Shown piece by piece: positions 39,566 through 53,160 of a stretch of DNA of 64,000 bases. The notes below the pieces were generated by a model. That model saw only the letters and a list, made by a program, of their open reading frames with translations. It ran no database searches and was not told the origin of the DNA. A program made the translations under genes and the position numbers. The stretch is from assembly GCA_951406725.2 (NCBI GenBank), contig CATOCA020000001.1:3720001-3784000 (forward strand). Reading direction: 5' to 3'. This stretch comes from Octopus vulgaris (Eukaryota). Positions within the stretch are counted from its first letter, which is position 1, and each line of letters starts with the position of its first letter.

Positions 39566-41532
39566 CTGTAATAATAGATATGAAAATTATACACTACAAC
39601 AACAATATTTATTAGGACGATTACTGCTAATTACAGCAACAACAACAGAAACAACACCACTGGGGATGTTTACCATGCAAGTAAGTTTAATCATTGCTTT
39701 AAAATACCCAAAAGCAATAAATGAAACCGTAAAAGAGTTTCCGAATTGTTGAAAGTTAACAGCATAAGTAAAATTCCGTAAAAGTTATTGCTATTTAGTA
39801 TTCAAAAATCATGTTTTAAATGCTTACAGTGTCCAAACCTCTCGGATCACAAGTAGATATGGCCATCGGATCACGGTCTGTATCAAAACCGCATCGCACT
39901 GTCACCCATCGCCCAACTTAAAATAGGTCAAATTATCCCAATAAAGATGTATCAATTCTCTAAAATTTCTTCTTACTGGAGGAATGCTCAAGAGGAATTT
40001 TTCATATAAAATTTACGGAAAATCATGCGTACAAAACTCACCAACAAGAGAAACTAATATGCCTTTACCCAAAGATGAAAATGAAATATAATTGTCAGAT
40101 TGAACTCCTCAGTCCAAGCAAATAAAACAGAAAATACATAAAACGAACACAAGAGAAACTTCGTTTTATTTTGCAAGTATATTTTATATGAAAATACGGT
40201 ATATTAGTATAAAATTTGGAGAGAAAACAACCAAGGTCTTGTTAACTTAATAAGGGACATTCTGAAAGCGAAAAATATCAGAAATGGAGAAGAATATTTA
40301 AAGAAAAGAATCCATCACGAAAACGCAATTAATAATCGCAAACACCTAACAATAATAAAAGCAATGAAAATGTAGACATTGAAGTTAGAAATAAGATTTG
40401 CATTGCCTTAGTTTGAAATTGAAACTTGTTTCTTCCAATGTTGGAAAAGTTTTAGAAAGAAAATTGGATCTCCCAAACTGAGTGAGGATGTCATGAAAAA
40501 ATAACCAATGATAGTGTCCGAAGGCTGGCGTCTTCAAAAGAGCCAATGGAGTCTGTGATTGCAAATGAATGAATCATTACATAAGCTAACTCAGCTTCAA
40601 GAAAACAGAAAGGTCTGAGATCAGAACAGACAATGAAACAGGCAACAGAATGCAGCCATGCTCTTATGTCACGCTCTATTCTCCTATATTCTCGTAATGT
40701 GAAGCATTGATCTGTGTCATTACCGGTGTCTTTTATTGTTTCTCTTGCGTTTCTTTCACCAATGTACAACTGTGTATTCAGAGATATGCCTGGCAATTTT
40801 AATTTGTGTTTTAGCTGCGTTTAATCGTATAGCTTTCACCTATTCCTGTTGAAATAATATGACCCCCATCCGTTATGTTCTGTGAAGCTTATTGTACTTC
40901 TTGATGTGAGGGCAGATTTAATCTGTTTCGAACATTTCATAATCTTTTCTATCAAACAACCACTTTTGCTATGGCCAACAGACGAAGGAGACGGTCATTT
41001 ACTTCTTAACTTTTTCCTTAATCCGCTCCCTTTAATCTCTGCAAGATGGTAGGGCCACATCCAACATGCAGTTATCCCCTCTAAGGTTAGTGGCCCGAGG
41101 TCATTCGACAAGGAATCTTAATCCCAAGTTGACTTCTGGCCACATACATTCATACATCCTACTCTAAGGACAGCCATGTTTTGTCGGAGAAAGCTCACTT
41201 TAAGTTCGTTTGTTCATTTCTTGAATAGGGATTCCTGGACAGGGAAGAACATTGTGTCCTTGAACAAGGCATTTCATATCACTTTGTTCCAGTCCAATCG
41301 AAGGAAATGTATCCCAACCTAGTGATGTTCATCTATTTCTCCCTTCTGTCGTCACATCCTTGTTTTCCCATTGAGTCATGAATAAGAAGATCGACAGGGT
41401 GTGTGTATGTCTACGCAGGCACATAAAAAAAACTAGCGAAAGCATATTACAATCTATGTGGACTTAATGGCTTTCGAGTGACGGCTGTGGATATATTTTA
41501 ACGAAAAGGAAGAAAGTAATATTCTAGTTTAC

Positions 41533-41618
41533 CTCTGTTCCTGGACAGCTTGTCACTTCATTGCATATGATTCCTGAACATGTTTGACACTGTAAATTCC
41601 GTTGAAATAACGAGTAAT
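41533..41618 (-). CDS. Ly6/uPAR domain exon 1: NYSLFQRNLQCQTCSGIICNEVTSCPGTE
   Basis: ttgtattctgtag acceptor, gtaaac donor, 86 nt, phase 1 to 0; LxCxxC LU start. Confidence 0.87.
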
Positions 41619-42198
41619 CTACAGAATACAAGTAAATATCTGTATTTATGAACCAAATAATGCAATGCATAGCAATAACAAGAAATATTTTCTTTCAGAT
41701 GTAAAAACAAATGTATGCGTGTTAGTATTGAAATCAATACATGTTAGACATATAAAGCAAATTATTAACAAAGACTATAAACCTATTTTCATGTTCATTC
41801 GGAAACGTTTCAATAATGTCACAAATTCAACTGAGAGAAGCATGAAAGCCACTTGTTGTCCTTTTAGTATTCTGATGTAACAAACACGTGAAAATCGTTG
41901 AACAAGTCAAATAAAGGGATTAAATTTGTAAGTTGCAACCATTGATGCAGTGGAAACTCCCTAATGAAACCTGAGAATCTCATTTAAGTTATGTTACAAT
42001 GTCATATAGTATGTGAAGAAGGCCATAATATGTGAAGTGAGCAAAACAATATTTGGATAAACAATAAAAATTATGATCACTAATATTGTGCTTTTTCCAA
42101 TATACACACATTATGTATGTATGTAGTATGTATGTATGTATGTATGTATGTATGTATGTATGTATGTATGTATGTATGTATGTATGTATGTATGTATG

Positions 42199-42230
<32 letters not shown>

Positions 42231-42559
42231 GGTTTTAGTTGCCAATCCTGTAAAATACATTGTAGATATTTAGCTGGGCTAAAAAGTCACATTCGATCAC
42301 AGCACCAGTAACAGTTAAGCTTCGTCCAATGGCCATACTCAGTAACAAGGGGGCAGCCATAATAATACATGTATGTATTATGTATGTATGTATGTCATTA
42401 TTCACTGTTATTTCAAGATTTGTTGGCAATAGAGGAGAGAGTTTCTATCCTACACCTACGGCTCCTTCATTGGAATTTCAACAACATCAATATTGCCATC
42501 ATCTCGGAACTTTCTACCAACATATCCATGCATAGTCTTCTGTTCATAGATACTCATCC

Positions 42560-43540
42560 GTTCATCTAATGATACGTTGCGGTAGAGTCGTGCGACATCT
42601 TTGAGCATGTATTCTGTTATCAGATAAGGAATGTTGCTCAAGGAGCTGCCTTCCAAGTCATATGAATTATGCAAACTTGGTCAAAGGATGCACTTTGACA
42701 TTTGTGGTTATAAGATGTTACCGAAAGGATATGATACGACATTCAAAGACATTTTGCATCGATGTTAAGCCCCTGCCACCTTGTTTTCGTTTTAAGGAGA
42801 GGGGGTCTACTTCACCGTTTATGTGGAAATTATGTGTACTTGTCAGTATTTTCCGGGTTTTCACATAAACAGCTCGGATCTCATCAAGTGTCCAATAAAA
42901 CAGCCCAAATGTCAGTATGAGTACTTGCACAGAACACACGTTGTGGGCCAATGTTTTATTGAATGCATAGATTTCTGAGGTCGAAATTTTATTTATTCAG
43001 CTGTAATGTTCTTTGTTTATACTTTAATGACACCTGTAAGTTAATGGTACCTGTAAAAAAGCACTTGTTTTGTTACAGGTGCTGTTATGAGATATATTTT
43101 CATCCACCCCTAGATATCTGTAACATTCCTCTTCAGATATAGGGGAAACTGTCAGGTCATTGATGGTGATGTTGCGAGTCTGGTTTACATTTTTCGCCCT
43201 TTTCACAACCATATAACATTTATCCTGAACAAACGCCAACCCCACATTTTTTGAGAATGTTGTAACTTGGTCAAAGCTCTTTTTCATCTCATCCTATTTC
43301 TTTGCATAAAGTTTTAAGTCATCCACAAAGAAACAGCGTTCAATTTTGTAATTTCTGTTTCCTTTTGAACCAATGAGATATCCTTAACATGAATGACATG
43401 AGGTTTACAGAAAGTATAAACAACATCACCACGAGGTTGTCCCCTTGGAATATACCTTTGCGATATTGTATTCTGTCAGTGATAATAGTCACTCTTTGTG
43501 TTTAATTTCATGATGGTTGCCCACAATGGAATCAGGTCAG
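42560..43540 (-). mobile_element. Degraded R4/Dong RT fragment between (TATG)n arrays
   Basis: Minus strand GIFQGD, FVDDLKLYA, YRYLGVDE, RKQGGRGL motifs with stops and frameshifts. Confidence 0.75.
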
Positions 43541-46449
43541 CTATGGCTTTGATTATGGCTCACTGAAAATTTAGAAAGCTGAAGGGCTTCTAGCATCCAT
43601 GAGTATGTATGTATGTACGTATGTATGTATGTATGTATGTATGTATGTATGTATGTATGTACGTATGTATGTATGTATGTATGTATGTACGTATGCATGT
43701 ATGTATGTATGTATGTATGTACGTACGTATGTATGTATGTATGTATGTATGTATGTATGTATGTATGTGCGTATGTACATACATATACATACTGACTCAT
43801 ATATTTTCTCGAGTGATGTGCTTCATCGGACCCCATTTTAAGTCTGTCATTTGGAACCTTCGCTGTTTATGCCGGATTCTTCTCGTTATAAACAATCAAG
43901 GCAGGTCTTTGGTTTCAGGATATCTTCCTACTTTCCCCCAACCAATCACAGCAGCCTTCTGAATGATCATGAGCATTGACTGTCTTCCTGGCTAAGCGCT
44001 AAATATATACTTTACCTCTCTACTTCGTTTTCTTCCTCTCTCTCCTCCGCAGCATCACTCTTACCAACCCACATCCTCACATTATTTGTCCCTCCGCCCA
44101 CATTTACACTTTATACACACTTCACACGCTAGACCACAGTTTCTACCTACACATCTCACTTCGGTAGCACAGTTACTCTCTGCACACTTTATTACACACA
44201 AAGACAAACACACACACACACACACACACACATACACACAACTTTGTCCCATTGGATATTCTACATTTGACACACACATACAAATGCATACACACTCGTA
44301 CATAGACTCATACATATTCCCGCACACTCACTCTTCAAACACATACACACACTCACACACACATACCCATACTCACAAGTGCTGCCCTCACACATTCGCT
44401 TTTGCACCCAACGTTTTGCTTTGTATCTCTAAACCACTCACTTCTCTCTCTCCCCCTCCTCCTCCTCCCTTTTCCTCCCACTACTGCTTGGCTCCTACTA
44501 ACAGTTTACCTCCCCTATACGCACACATACCGCACCCTTCTTCTCTCCCTTTCCATTCGTGTTCACTCTTCTTCGAATAAAACCACTTTTGCTCTTCTCT
44601 CCTTCTTTCGTCAGCCATTTTCTGTCTCTCACTTAACCCATGTGTACCAACCCTTTGCTTGTACCGTTTACATTATTTGACCTTCATGAAGTGTGCCATC
44701 TTTTTCAGACAATTTACATTACTGAATGTTTTGCCTGCATTTTGCCCTTTCTTGTCTTGGTATTTGATCTTCTGAAGCAACTTTTCTCTCTTATTCGAGT
44801 TTTATCCTATAGATTCTACTGCAACTGTCCATGTCACGTCTTGCTGACTTTACAGTGTTCCCAGAGCATTGAACAGCAGTGATGGTGTCTGAATTGTGGT
44901 AACCGTCATGAATTATCATGAATACAGGTTTCTCTCTTCCAATATTTAGATGGCTTTCAAGGCGGCAAGCTGGCAGAAACGTTAACACACCGGGCGCAAA
45001 GCTTAGCAGTATTTCGTCTGTTTTTTCACGTTCTGTGTTCAAATTCCACAGAGGTCGACTTTGCTTTTATCCTTTCGGGGTAGCAGTTGCGTACTGGGGT
45101 CGATCCAATCGACTGGCCCTCTCCCCACCAAATTTCATGCCTTGTGCCTAGAGTAGCAAAGAATATTTAGATGGCTTCCAGTCCGCCATATCAGCTTTTT
45201 TCTCAGCTACAACTTTATGCTCTCTAACGCCTTTGCTTACCAATACACTACGTTTTCCTTAATATAATGGGACATAAAATCGTTATATTTAATACCGACA
45301 CTCTGTATATCCATCCATCTACCATCTTCAACGCTCATTATTCCTGGGAGGGTCATGAGGACATCTGGTGCCTCAGGTACCTCCTGCATAGGGTACTATC
45401 AGAGGCAACTGCCAATACGCATACTGATTGAATTCTCAAGCATGACCAAATGAGGCTATGGATATTTTCTAGCCATCTCTTTTTGGTCTACCTCTACATT
45501 CCCTGCTGTTTTGCATCATTTTAAAGAATCGATCTTGCGATTTTGTCATGTGACATCCTAATCGCATGTCCGCATTACCGGAAATGTAGTGGCACAATAC
45601 GGAAAAGTACCGACCTGATCTGGAGAGACTCCCTCATCTCCAAGGTACACACTGTGTCGAGTAAAGCTACTCCAGTTTTTTCGGAGGAATCCCATTTCGG
45701 CCGCTTCTGTTTGAGATCAGACTCTTTCAGTCGTTAGCCAATATTCATGACAACAGATGAGAATGGGCACGAAACCCAAACTGAAGATAGTGTGTTTGGC
45801 TTTGTTACCAAGTTGTCCTCTTCTGGGGATCGAATACTGGAACATTTTTTGTATCTCGGGAGGGTCATTAAGCCAATAAAAAACACATGTACTGGTTCTA
45901 TTTCACTTTATTATTCGTCACTTTGTTAACAATTTGTTAACGAATTAACTAAATGAATGTTTGATTAACCGTTTGGTCAACCTCTCAACCAGTTATGGTT
46001 GTTAGCGACATTTTGTTGTCAATCGTGACCGCTTCGATGACTTGTTTTTGTTCTATACTTATGTAGTTATGAGAGAGAGTGTACGTGAGAGAGAGGGTTA
46101 GAGAGTATGTCTGTGTACATATGTGTGTGTACATGTGAGCGTACATTCATGTGTGCGCTGTTGTGAATGTTTGCGTATGTATGTTTGTGTATGTCTGTGT
46201 GCGCTCGCGCCCGTGTGTGTGTGTGTGTGTGTGTGTGTGCTATTGATGGTTTGTGTGATACAGTTGAATCTATAAGTTCGGTAGAGCGAAGATGTGAATG
46301 TAAAGCGTGCGAATGGTAAAACGTTTATTCCTCATATCTTTATCTATAGTTTCCCTTTCATAAGACATGATATTGCAAGCTTCAGAGAATAACCCGGATT
46401 TCAATAGTGTTAATAATAAAAGAAAAGAAGAAACGAGAATTTTACTTAC

Positions 46450-46607
46450 TTTGACATTGCGAATAATCCAGTATAGGTATTCGTTTCCCTGAGCCTTCAA
46501 GACACATGCCACGAACATCCACAATTCTGTTATAGACTTCTTTAATATATTTAACGAAGGCTGGCAAGTGACATCCACACTTCATAAGGTTATTGTTTTG
46601 GAGGTTA
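46450..46607 (-). CDS. Last LRR strand + LRR C-terminal cap: NLQNNNLMKCGCHLPAFVKYIKEVYNRIVDVRGMCLEGSGKRIPILDYSQCQ
   Basis: ctttattattacag acceptor, gtaagt donor, 158 nt, phase 2 to 1; LxxNxL..CxCxL..C..C LRRCT pattern. Confidence 0.87.
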
Positions 46608-47210
46608 CTGTAATAATAAAGAGAACTCTGAATGCGTTTCAGATCAACAGAGAAATTCCTATGTGATTTGACAAGAAACAAAGATTATAAAATTTGAGCA
46701 GGTTTATAAACGCTATGGCATTCATTTTTCTAAGTGTTGTTAATAACATCAATATTGCGAAATGGTTTCTAGTAGAAAGTGGAAGCACTAAGGTTCTTTT
46801 CTCTTTTAGCTTAGATATTGAATAATAAAGTACCTTTAAATAAGATTACTAGCCACTTGAAACGATTCTATTTTATTGTAGTTTAGGGACATTTTAGTGT
46901 CGGGAATTTGGTGGTAGGGATCTTGCGCCGCTCTGTCTGAGAAAACTCGTTTAGAACGGCGGTTTTGGCGCTAAGAAGGTCGTGTTTATTCTATGTAGCA
47001 ACTGGTTTTAAAACTAGAGACGTACCAGCGCAGAACTGAGAGATTACAGTGTTGTACATTTTATAGCTTCAGCGGCAGAGACATGTATAGTAATACTCCT
47101 AATTAAGAAGGGGAAAATTAATATTCAATTTTGATATATCAATTTGAATATTTTCAGTCAATAATAAATCTCTGAACGAGATGTAAACAGTAACGGCTCG
47201 ACAACGTAAA

Positions 47211-47536
47211 GTATAATAGCCATCTCAATATGGCTAACCACTAAGGGTGGGTGTTACTATAGCTTTTAACCCCAGGAGATCATCGTCAACGCACGGTATT
47301 CACCGGTTTACGATCGTAAACCGGTGATTACCGTGCGTTGACAAGAGGCAAATACCTCGAAACTGCGGTCCGTGCGTATCACTTAGGCTTATGAGAGAGG
47401 GATGACCTCCCTTTGCAAATACCATAAGGGCACAGATAGTGTGCCTAAAGCCAGCTGGAAACGATGATCTCCTGGGGCTACAAGCTACAGTAACACCCAC
47501 CGTCAGTGGTTAGCCATATTGAGATGGCTATTATAC
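47211..47536. repeat. Fold-back element with 76-bp inverted arms and an internal 58-bp palindrome
   Basis: 47211-47286 vs 47461-47536 imperfect inverted repeats; 47285-47342 palindrome with one mismatch. Confidence 0.9.
47332..47376 (+). ncRNA. Minimal type I hammerhead, U3-A8 core variant
   Basis: CGTGCG-TTGACAA-GAGG caaata CCTC-GAAA-CTGCGG-TC/CGTGCG; stem I has 6 pairs including two G-U. Confidence 0.6.
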
Positions 47537-47635
47537 AATATTTTCAGTGTTTTTAAAAAAGAGCAACAGCAAGAACAACAGCAACAACATCAACAAAAAT
47601 ACAACAAAAACAACAACAACAACAACAACAACAAC

Positions 47636-47710
<75 letters not shown>

Positions 47711-47981
47711 TAAACAACCATGACTATTTGAAGTGAGAAATAGAAGGTTGTTGACAATGAAGAGAGTAGAGGTGATACCAGTAGTAATTGGTACATTTGG
47801 AAGTATTAGCACTCAACTACCAGCATGACTGAAAACAATTGGTACAAGTGTGAAGGTAGAACACCTAAAAGAAATCAGTATTGCTTGGAACGCAAGAATT
47901 CTTCGTAGGGTTCTTGAAGTATAAACAGTAAACAAGTAACACTTTCCATCAAACCCAGAAAAGTAAGCTGTGAGTTTTCAT

Positions 47982-47982
<1 letters not shown>

Positions 47983-48044
<62 letters not shown>

Positions 48045-48300
48045 ATGATGGTGATGATTATGATGATGATGGTGATGATAATGATGATGATGATGATTAT
48101 GATGGTGATGATTATGATGATGATTATGATGATGATGGTGGTGATGATGATGATGGTGATGATAATGATGATGATGATGATTATGATGATGATGATGATG
48201 ATGATGGTGATGATAATGATGATGATGATGATTATGATGGTGATGATTATGATGATGATGATGATGATGATGATAATGATGATGATGATGATGAGGAGGA
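47983..48300. repeat. (GAT)n microsatellite flanked by R4/Dong fragments
   Basis: Long ATG/GAT array; Dong-like C-terminal remnants at ~47715-47950 and ~48310-48500. Confidence 0.9.
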
Positions 48301-48746
48301 GGAGGAGGCGGAAGAGTAGGATTATCCAAAGTGCTTAGGAGAAGAGAAAAGAATACATTCTTTAAATGAGAATGCATGGACAGTTTGAAAGGAATAAACA
48401 GGATGTTAAGGATAATACAGCATCGTGGGCATGGCTTGAGCGAGGTGATTTGAAGCGTACCACTGAAAGCCTGATCATTGTTGCATAAGACCAGGCTCTC
48501 GCTGCCTCATTGGTCTGTCTCATTCGCTGTGTATTGACCAAAACCAAATAATCCATTGATGAGGAGGTCCTCACGTAATCGCTAAAGCCAAAAACCTCTC
48601 AGTTCAATTGTCTTATGCCTGAGTAGAAATTAGAGGGAAAATGAATAAAAGAAGGTTTAACCTTCTCATTTGACCCTTCACATGCAATCATAGACATCTT
48701 CATACACATTCAAGCATGAATATGGTAGTAGAAAGTAAAGTTAGAG

Positions 48747-48777
<31 letters not shown>

Positions 48778-51060
48778 TGGGGGTATGAATGTAAGCCATT
48801 CACACCACTCTGTACTACATACTGCAGTAGATTTATTAGAGAGGAGAAATGAGAAAATGATAATTGAAAATAACAGATACCAAATAAAATTAGGTAGGAT
48901 GTGGTTAGAGAATCTTTAAATGATATTCTAGATATAGTTTTGAATTATAAGACAAACATGATATATAAAATGTATTGGGCAAACAGATTATATACAGCTG
49001 TCAGAAGAGAAAGAGATGACATACAATATATAAATGGCATACTAGATTTAGAGGATATAGTAGATATAGATGATATGCTATGATAGATTTTGATGATATG
49101 TTTGAAGAGATGACATACAAGATATGGATAAATCTACTAAATGTAGCTAACCTGCAATATAGAGATTACCAGCTACAAGATATAAGTGACATACGAGCTA
49201 TTGTTGTCAAACGGTATTGTCATATAAGTGCTGTGGCGAAAGTTGATAGGTATTGCGAAGCTGCGAAATATTGCTGAGTAAAATACCAGTTATATTTGAC
49301 ATGAGAGATTTAGCTTTATAAGCATTCTAAATATAAGTGGAAATTATAGCAGATATATCTGAAATTGTAGGTATTGGAAATATTTTCTCCCTCGGCACTT
49401 CCTTTATTGAATATGATTTTCAGAAGAGAATATTCTGAACCTTTTAGGAATTTTGCTACATCGTAATGCAATTCTATCATGTTCTGATAAATACAATTTT
49501 GAAATAGATCTGCTTGTTACCTCCCAACCTCTAATACTGCGCGAACGTTGTTAGTTTTACTACTATTTATCTCCCTTAAAATGTTCTCCATTCCAAGCAG
49601 TGTGGTTAAGCTTTAATAGGGATAGGATTGTGTTAAATTTCCCTCTCTTTCTTTACCTCTCCACACACACGTGTATATATACATGTGTGTGTGTGTGTGT
49701 GTGTAAATATATATATATATATATATATTAACACAGAAGAATGGAGATATCATACATATTGAACCATCCCGTTTCTGTCAGATTGGCAAATCACAAAATC
49801 TTGCGATATAGTAATACTGCGTATTAATCGACCCAACAGTTACAGGGTGTTCTGTTTTCATGTTCTGAGTTCAAATTTTCGAGGACGATTTTGCCTTTCA
49901 CCTTCTTGGGGTCGATGAATTAAGTACCAGCCGAGCACTAGGGTGGATGTAATCGACAAGCCCCCAGCCACAAAATTGCAGGCATTGTGCTTATCGTAGA
50001 AAGAATATTATACCAAATGGTTTCGTGGTAGAAATACAGAGGCAAATACAGCAGTCATCAGAAATATTTGAATGGAATTTTTGTGGATCTTATTCCTTCT
50101 GATAACTCCGTTGTCATAAGGATATAATAAGTAATAACAATATATATATATGTGTGTGTATGCTTATATATGCACATACGCATATACACACAGGAATCTT
50201 TATATATGTGTGCATGTAGGTTGGTATGTAGGCCACTCTCTCGACTCCAGTGAATTATGTGTATTTATAAACATGGGGTAAACTAGATCAAATCAACCTT
50301 CTGATATTTGAACATAAACTTTTCGATAATAAAACACAGTGCTCGGAAATCATGTTGATCCACTGAAATTTAAATCAAATCATTGTTGTTTATTACCAAC
50401 AACATTTAACGAGGAATTGAGAATTTTATGACCTCATTTTATTATTTTCATTTTCTTATAACCAAAAAGAACTTGTTTGCTTACATTATAGCTATGCTGG
50501 GAAGGAATAAGAAAGCGCCATCTTCATATTTTTCTATTGGGTTGCTGAACAAATATCTGAAAAAGAGACAAATATTACACACTTTAAAATAAGTAAAAAT
50601 AAATAAATATGTTTTTCCTGTTCAGTACTAAATTGCGTTTCAGTCAACACTAACAGGGTAAATGCTGATATTACACACTACAATTGTTTATTTCTCTTTA
50701 TAGTTCTCTGGGAAGTGTTGTTTGAACAAGAATAGGTTCCTTCAATCTAACTTAATTATCCTAAAAGAAAACCTGATAACAAAACAGCAAAAGATGGAAG
50801 GGAATAAAATACAAAAACTAACAAAATAACAAGGAGACTTTCTTATGTGCACAATATGGGTTTTAGTCAACATTCTCATCTATGGTAGAAATATCATCCT
50901 CCATATAGGCAAGGTTCTGTGGCAGGAAAATTACTTCTCACATCCATGGATTCTTTAGTCCAACTGTGTGGCACCTTGGACAAATAACATTAACTATAAC
51001 CTTGGGTCAACTAAGCGTTGTGAGTGAATTTGCTGCAGGAAACTGTGTGGATTCCCTTCG

Positions 51061-51139
<79 letters not shown>

Positions 51140-51499
51140 TGTGTTGTTTTGTGTTTATCACCAACGCTTGATAACCAATATTGGTTTGTTTACATCCCCC
51201 GTAACTTAGAGATTCCTCAAAAGGTATCCGACTGATTAAGTGCCAGATTTTAAAAATTCAGTACTAAGGATGATTTGTTCGAGTAAACGCTTGAAGGTAG
51301 TACTCCAGCATGGCCGCAATCTGATAACTGAAACAAGGAATAGTAAAAGTACATACTCCAGTAGCAGTGTAATGATAAAAAAGGTTTTCAAAACAATAAA
51401 ATAATAATTATTGCAATAACATTGACCATCTTCAGACCAGTGCATAACTTTCAGAATCCTATTCAAAGTACATAAAACAATGGTCACCTTTTGGTAGAA

Positions 51500-52210
51500 G
51501 ATATATACTGGGTACCTATAAATTGACTTTACAATTTGAACACTTCAGAAGACAATGAAGAACAAGGATAGCTCATCAAACTTTATTGGAAATCATTGGC
51601 AAACAAATATCAGAAGCATTAGAACACTTCGACGTGGATTTAATTGTTACCAATTCTACGTCGCTAAAAGCCACACTGCTTTTTTCTTGGTTGATTTTTA
51701 TAACGGGATTTTTACTAAAAGAGTCTTCCCCATGAAGACATTCTTTTAAATTTGATTAATCTACACATTTCCTTTGGAAATAACTGAGATATTTTGATTC
51801 AAAGTCACTTTTTTGCCTTACGCTGCCATTTTTTACCTCGAAAACTTTGAAATAAATATTTTAAAGAATCAATTTCCAATTATTTTAGCTCGAAATGTAG
51901 CTTACATCTCGATCATCATTGCCAAAACGATGCAATTAATTCGGTTGAGAGCTGAATTACTAATTAAATCATGTAATAGGAGTGCACTCTGTTGTTCACA
52001 GTCTCTAAGTGAAGTTCAGTAACAAGGACGGGGAGTCAAATGTTGGGGTGCCGGGTGGGATAATCTATAGTCACCTTGATACTTTGGTGGATGGAGTTGG
52101 CTACTTGCTGGATGCTCTCCATTATGTTCCTCTCAGTTTCTACATTACCGTTACTAGAGCTGGTCTTAACTGTGATATTAATGCCATCTATATACCTACA
52201 GAAAATTAGA
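51500..52210 (-). mobile_element. Degraded Penelope-like RT fragment
   Basis: RYIDGINI..ANSIHQSIKVTIDYPTRHPN motif (52036-52210). Confidence 0.6.
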
Positions 52211-52757
52211 AGAGTTGTGGACTGTTTTGCCAAGAATTGCTTAGGTTTTCTGATCCACCAGGTCATGAAGAGGCCGGCAATATCTCCAGATACACCGACA
52301 CAAATGGCTGCACCTTGAACTTACATGTATAGTTTCAAGCATTTGTCTTATGAAGGAAGGCCGAAGACGCTCGACCTTTGTTCTCTCGAAAAACGACGAC
52401 GCCGTGGTGATCTCATTCTTGGTCACTACATCATAAGCGGAAAGTGTAAACTCTCGAAAGAGCTGTTCTTCACCCCTGCTCCAGAGCGTCGGCTGCAGGG
52501 TCACTCCGAAAAGCTCTATCTACGACGATTTCATCTCAATCGAAGGTGAGGGGCTTTCTCCGTCCGGGTTGCGGATCCGTGGAATAAGCTGCCGGACGAG
52601 ATAGTGAAGATGCCGACGACCGCTCGGTTCAAAGTCTCTCTTGACCAGAAATAGCCTGAACTCTTTGTATGACCACCCTCCCTGTACATAACGCCCTGTC
52701 CCCCTACATGGTCTTGCTTTTGCTTTTTGAGACAAAAAATTAAACTAAACTAAACTA
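52210..52757 (+). mobile_element. 3' end of a CR1-type LINE
   Basis: LSYEGR..LDLCSLEKRRRRGDLI..GHSEKL..FSVRVADPWNKLP; (TAAAC)n tail. Confidence 0.85.
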
Positions 52758-53160
52758 GTTATACTTTTGTCTGTGGTTCTTCAAGGTGGTTCTTACGCTA
52801 GCTCTTACTGCCTGTGCAATCATTCCTTTCTCCTAATTGTTGTTCTCAGGGAGTTAGGTGGGTAGGATCAAGCCACACCAGCGCTCAGTGGTGTATTTAT
52901 TTACTGCTGAAGTGATGGTGGGTGGTCTAAGAATCTGTGATCTGGCGGGGTAGAATATATAGTCTAAGAATGAGACACGGATCACGCGTGTTGACCTCAC
53001 TTCACATTTCACAGACAATCTCATTACATTATACTCCAGCAAAATCGATGTCAATAGATGGGTAGAGGGAATCAAATCCTTAGTGTCCACTACACAACAT
53101 GTGAAGAACTTGGAGTGACCGAAAATACTCATTTTATTGAGGATGTCCTCAGTGCTAACA

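Noticed and set aside
3500-48377. Numerous YI/MYVC/HT/poly-N/poly-H ORFs
   Set aside because: Products of TA, TATG, CA, TAA and GAT microsatellites.
7160-50005. tRNA-like A/B box sequences
   Set aside because: They are heads of SINE copies; no complete cloverleaf seen.
52990-53154. Minus-strand open frame containing LTSILLEYNVM (LRR-like) after an AG
   Set aside because: The acceptor context is just the microsatellite, there is no clear phase-2 donor, and the rest is not LRR-like.
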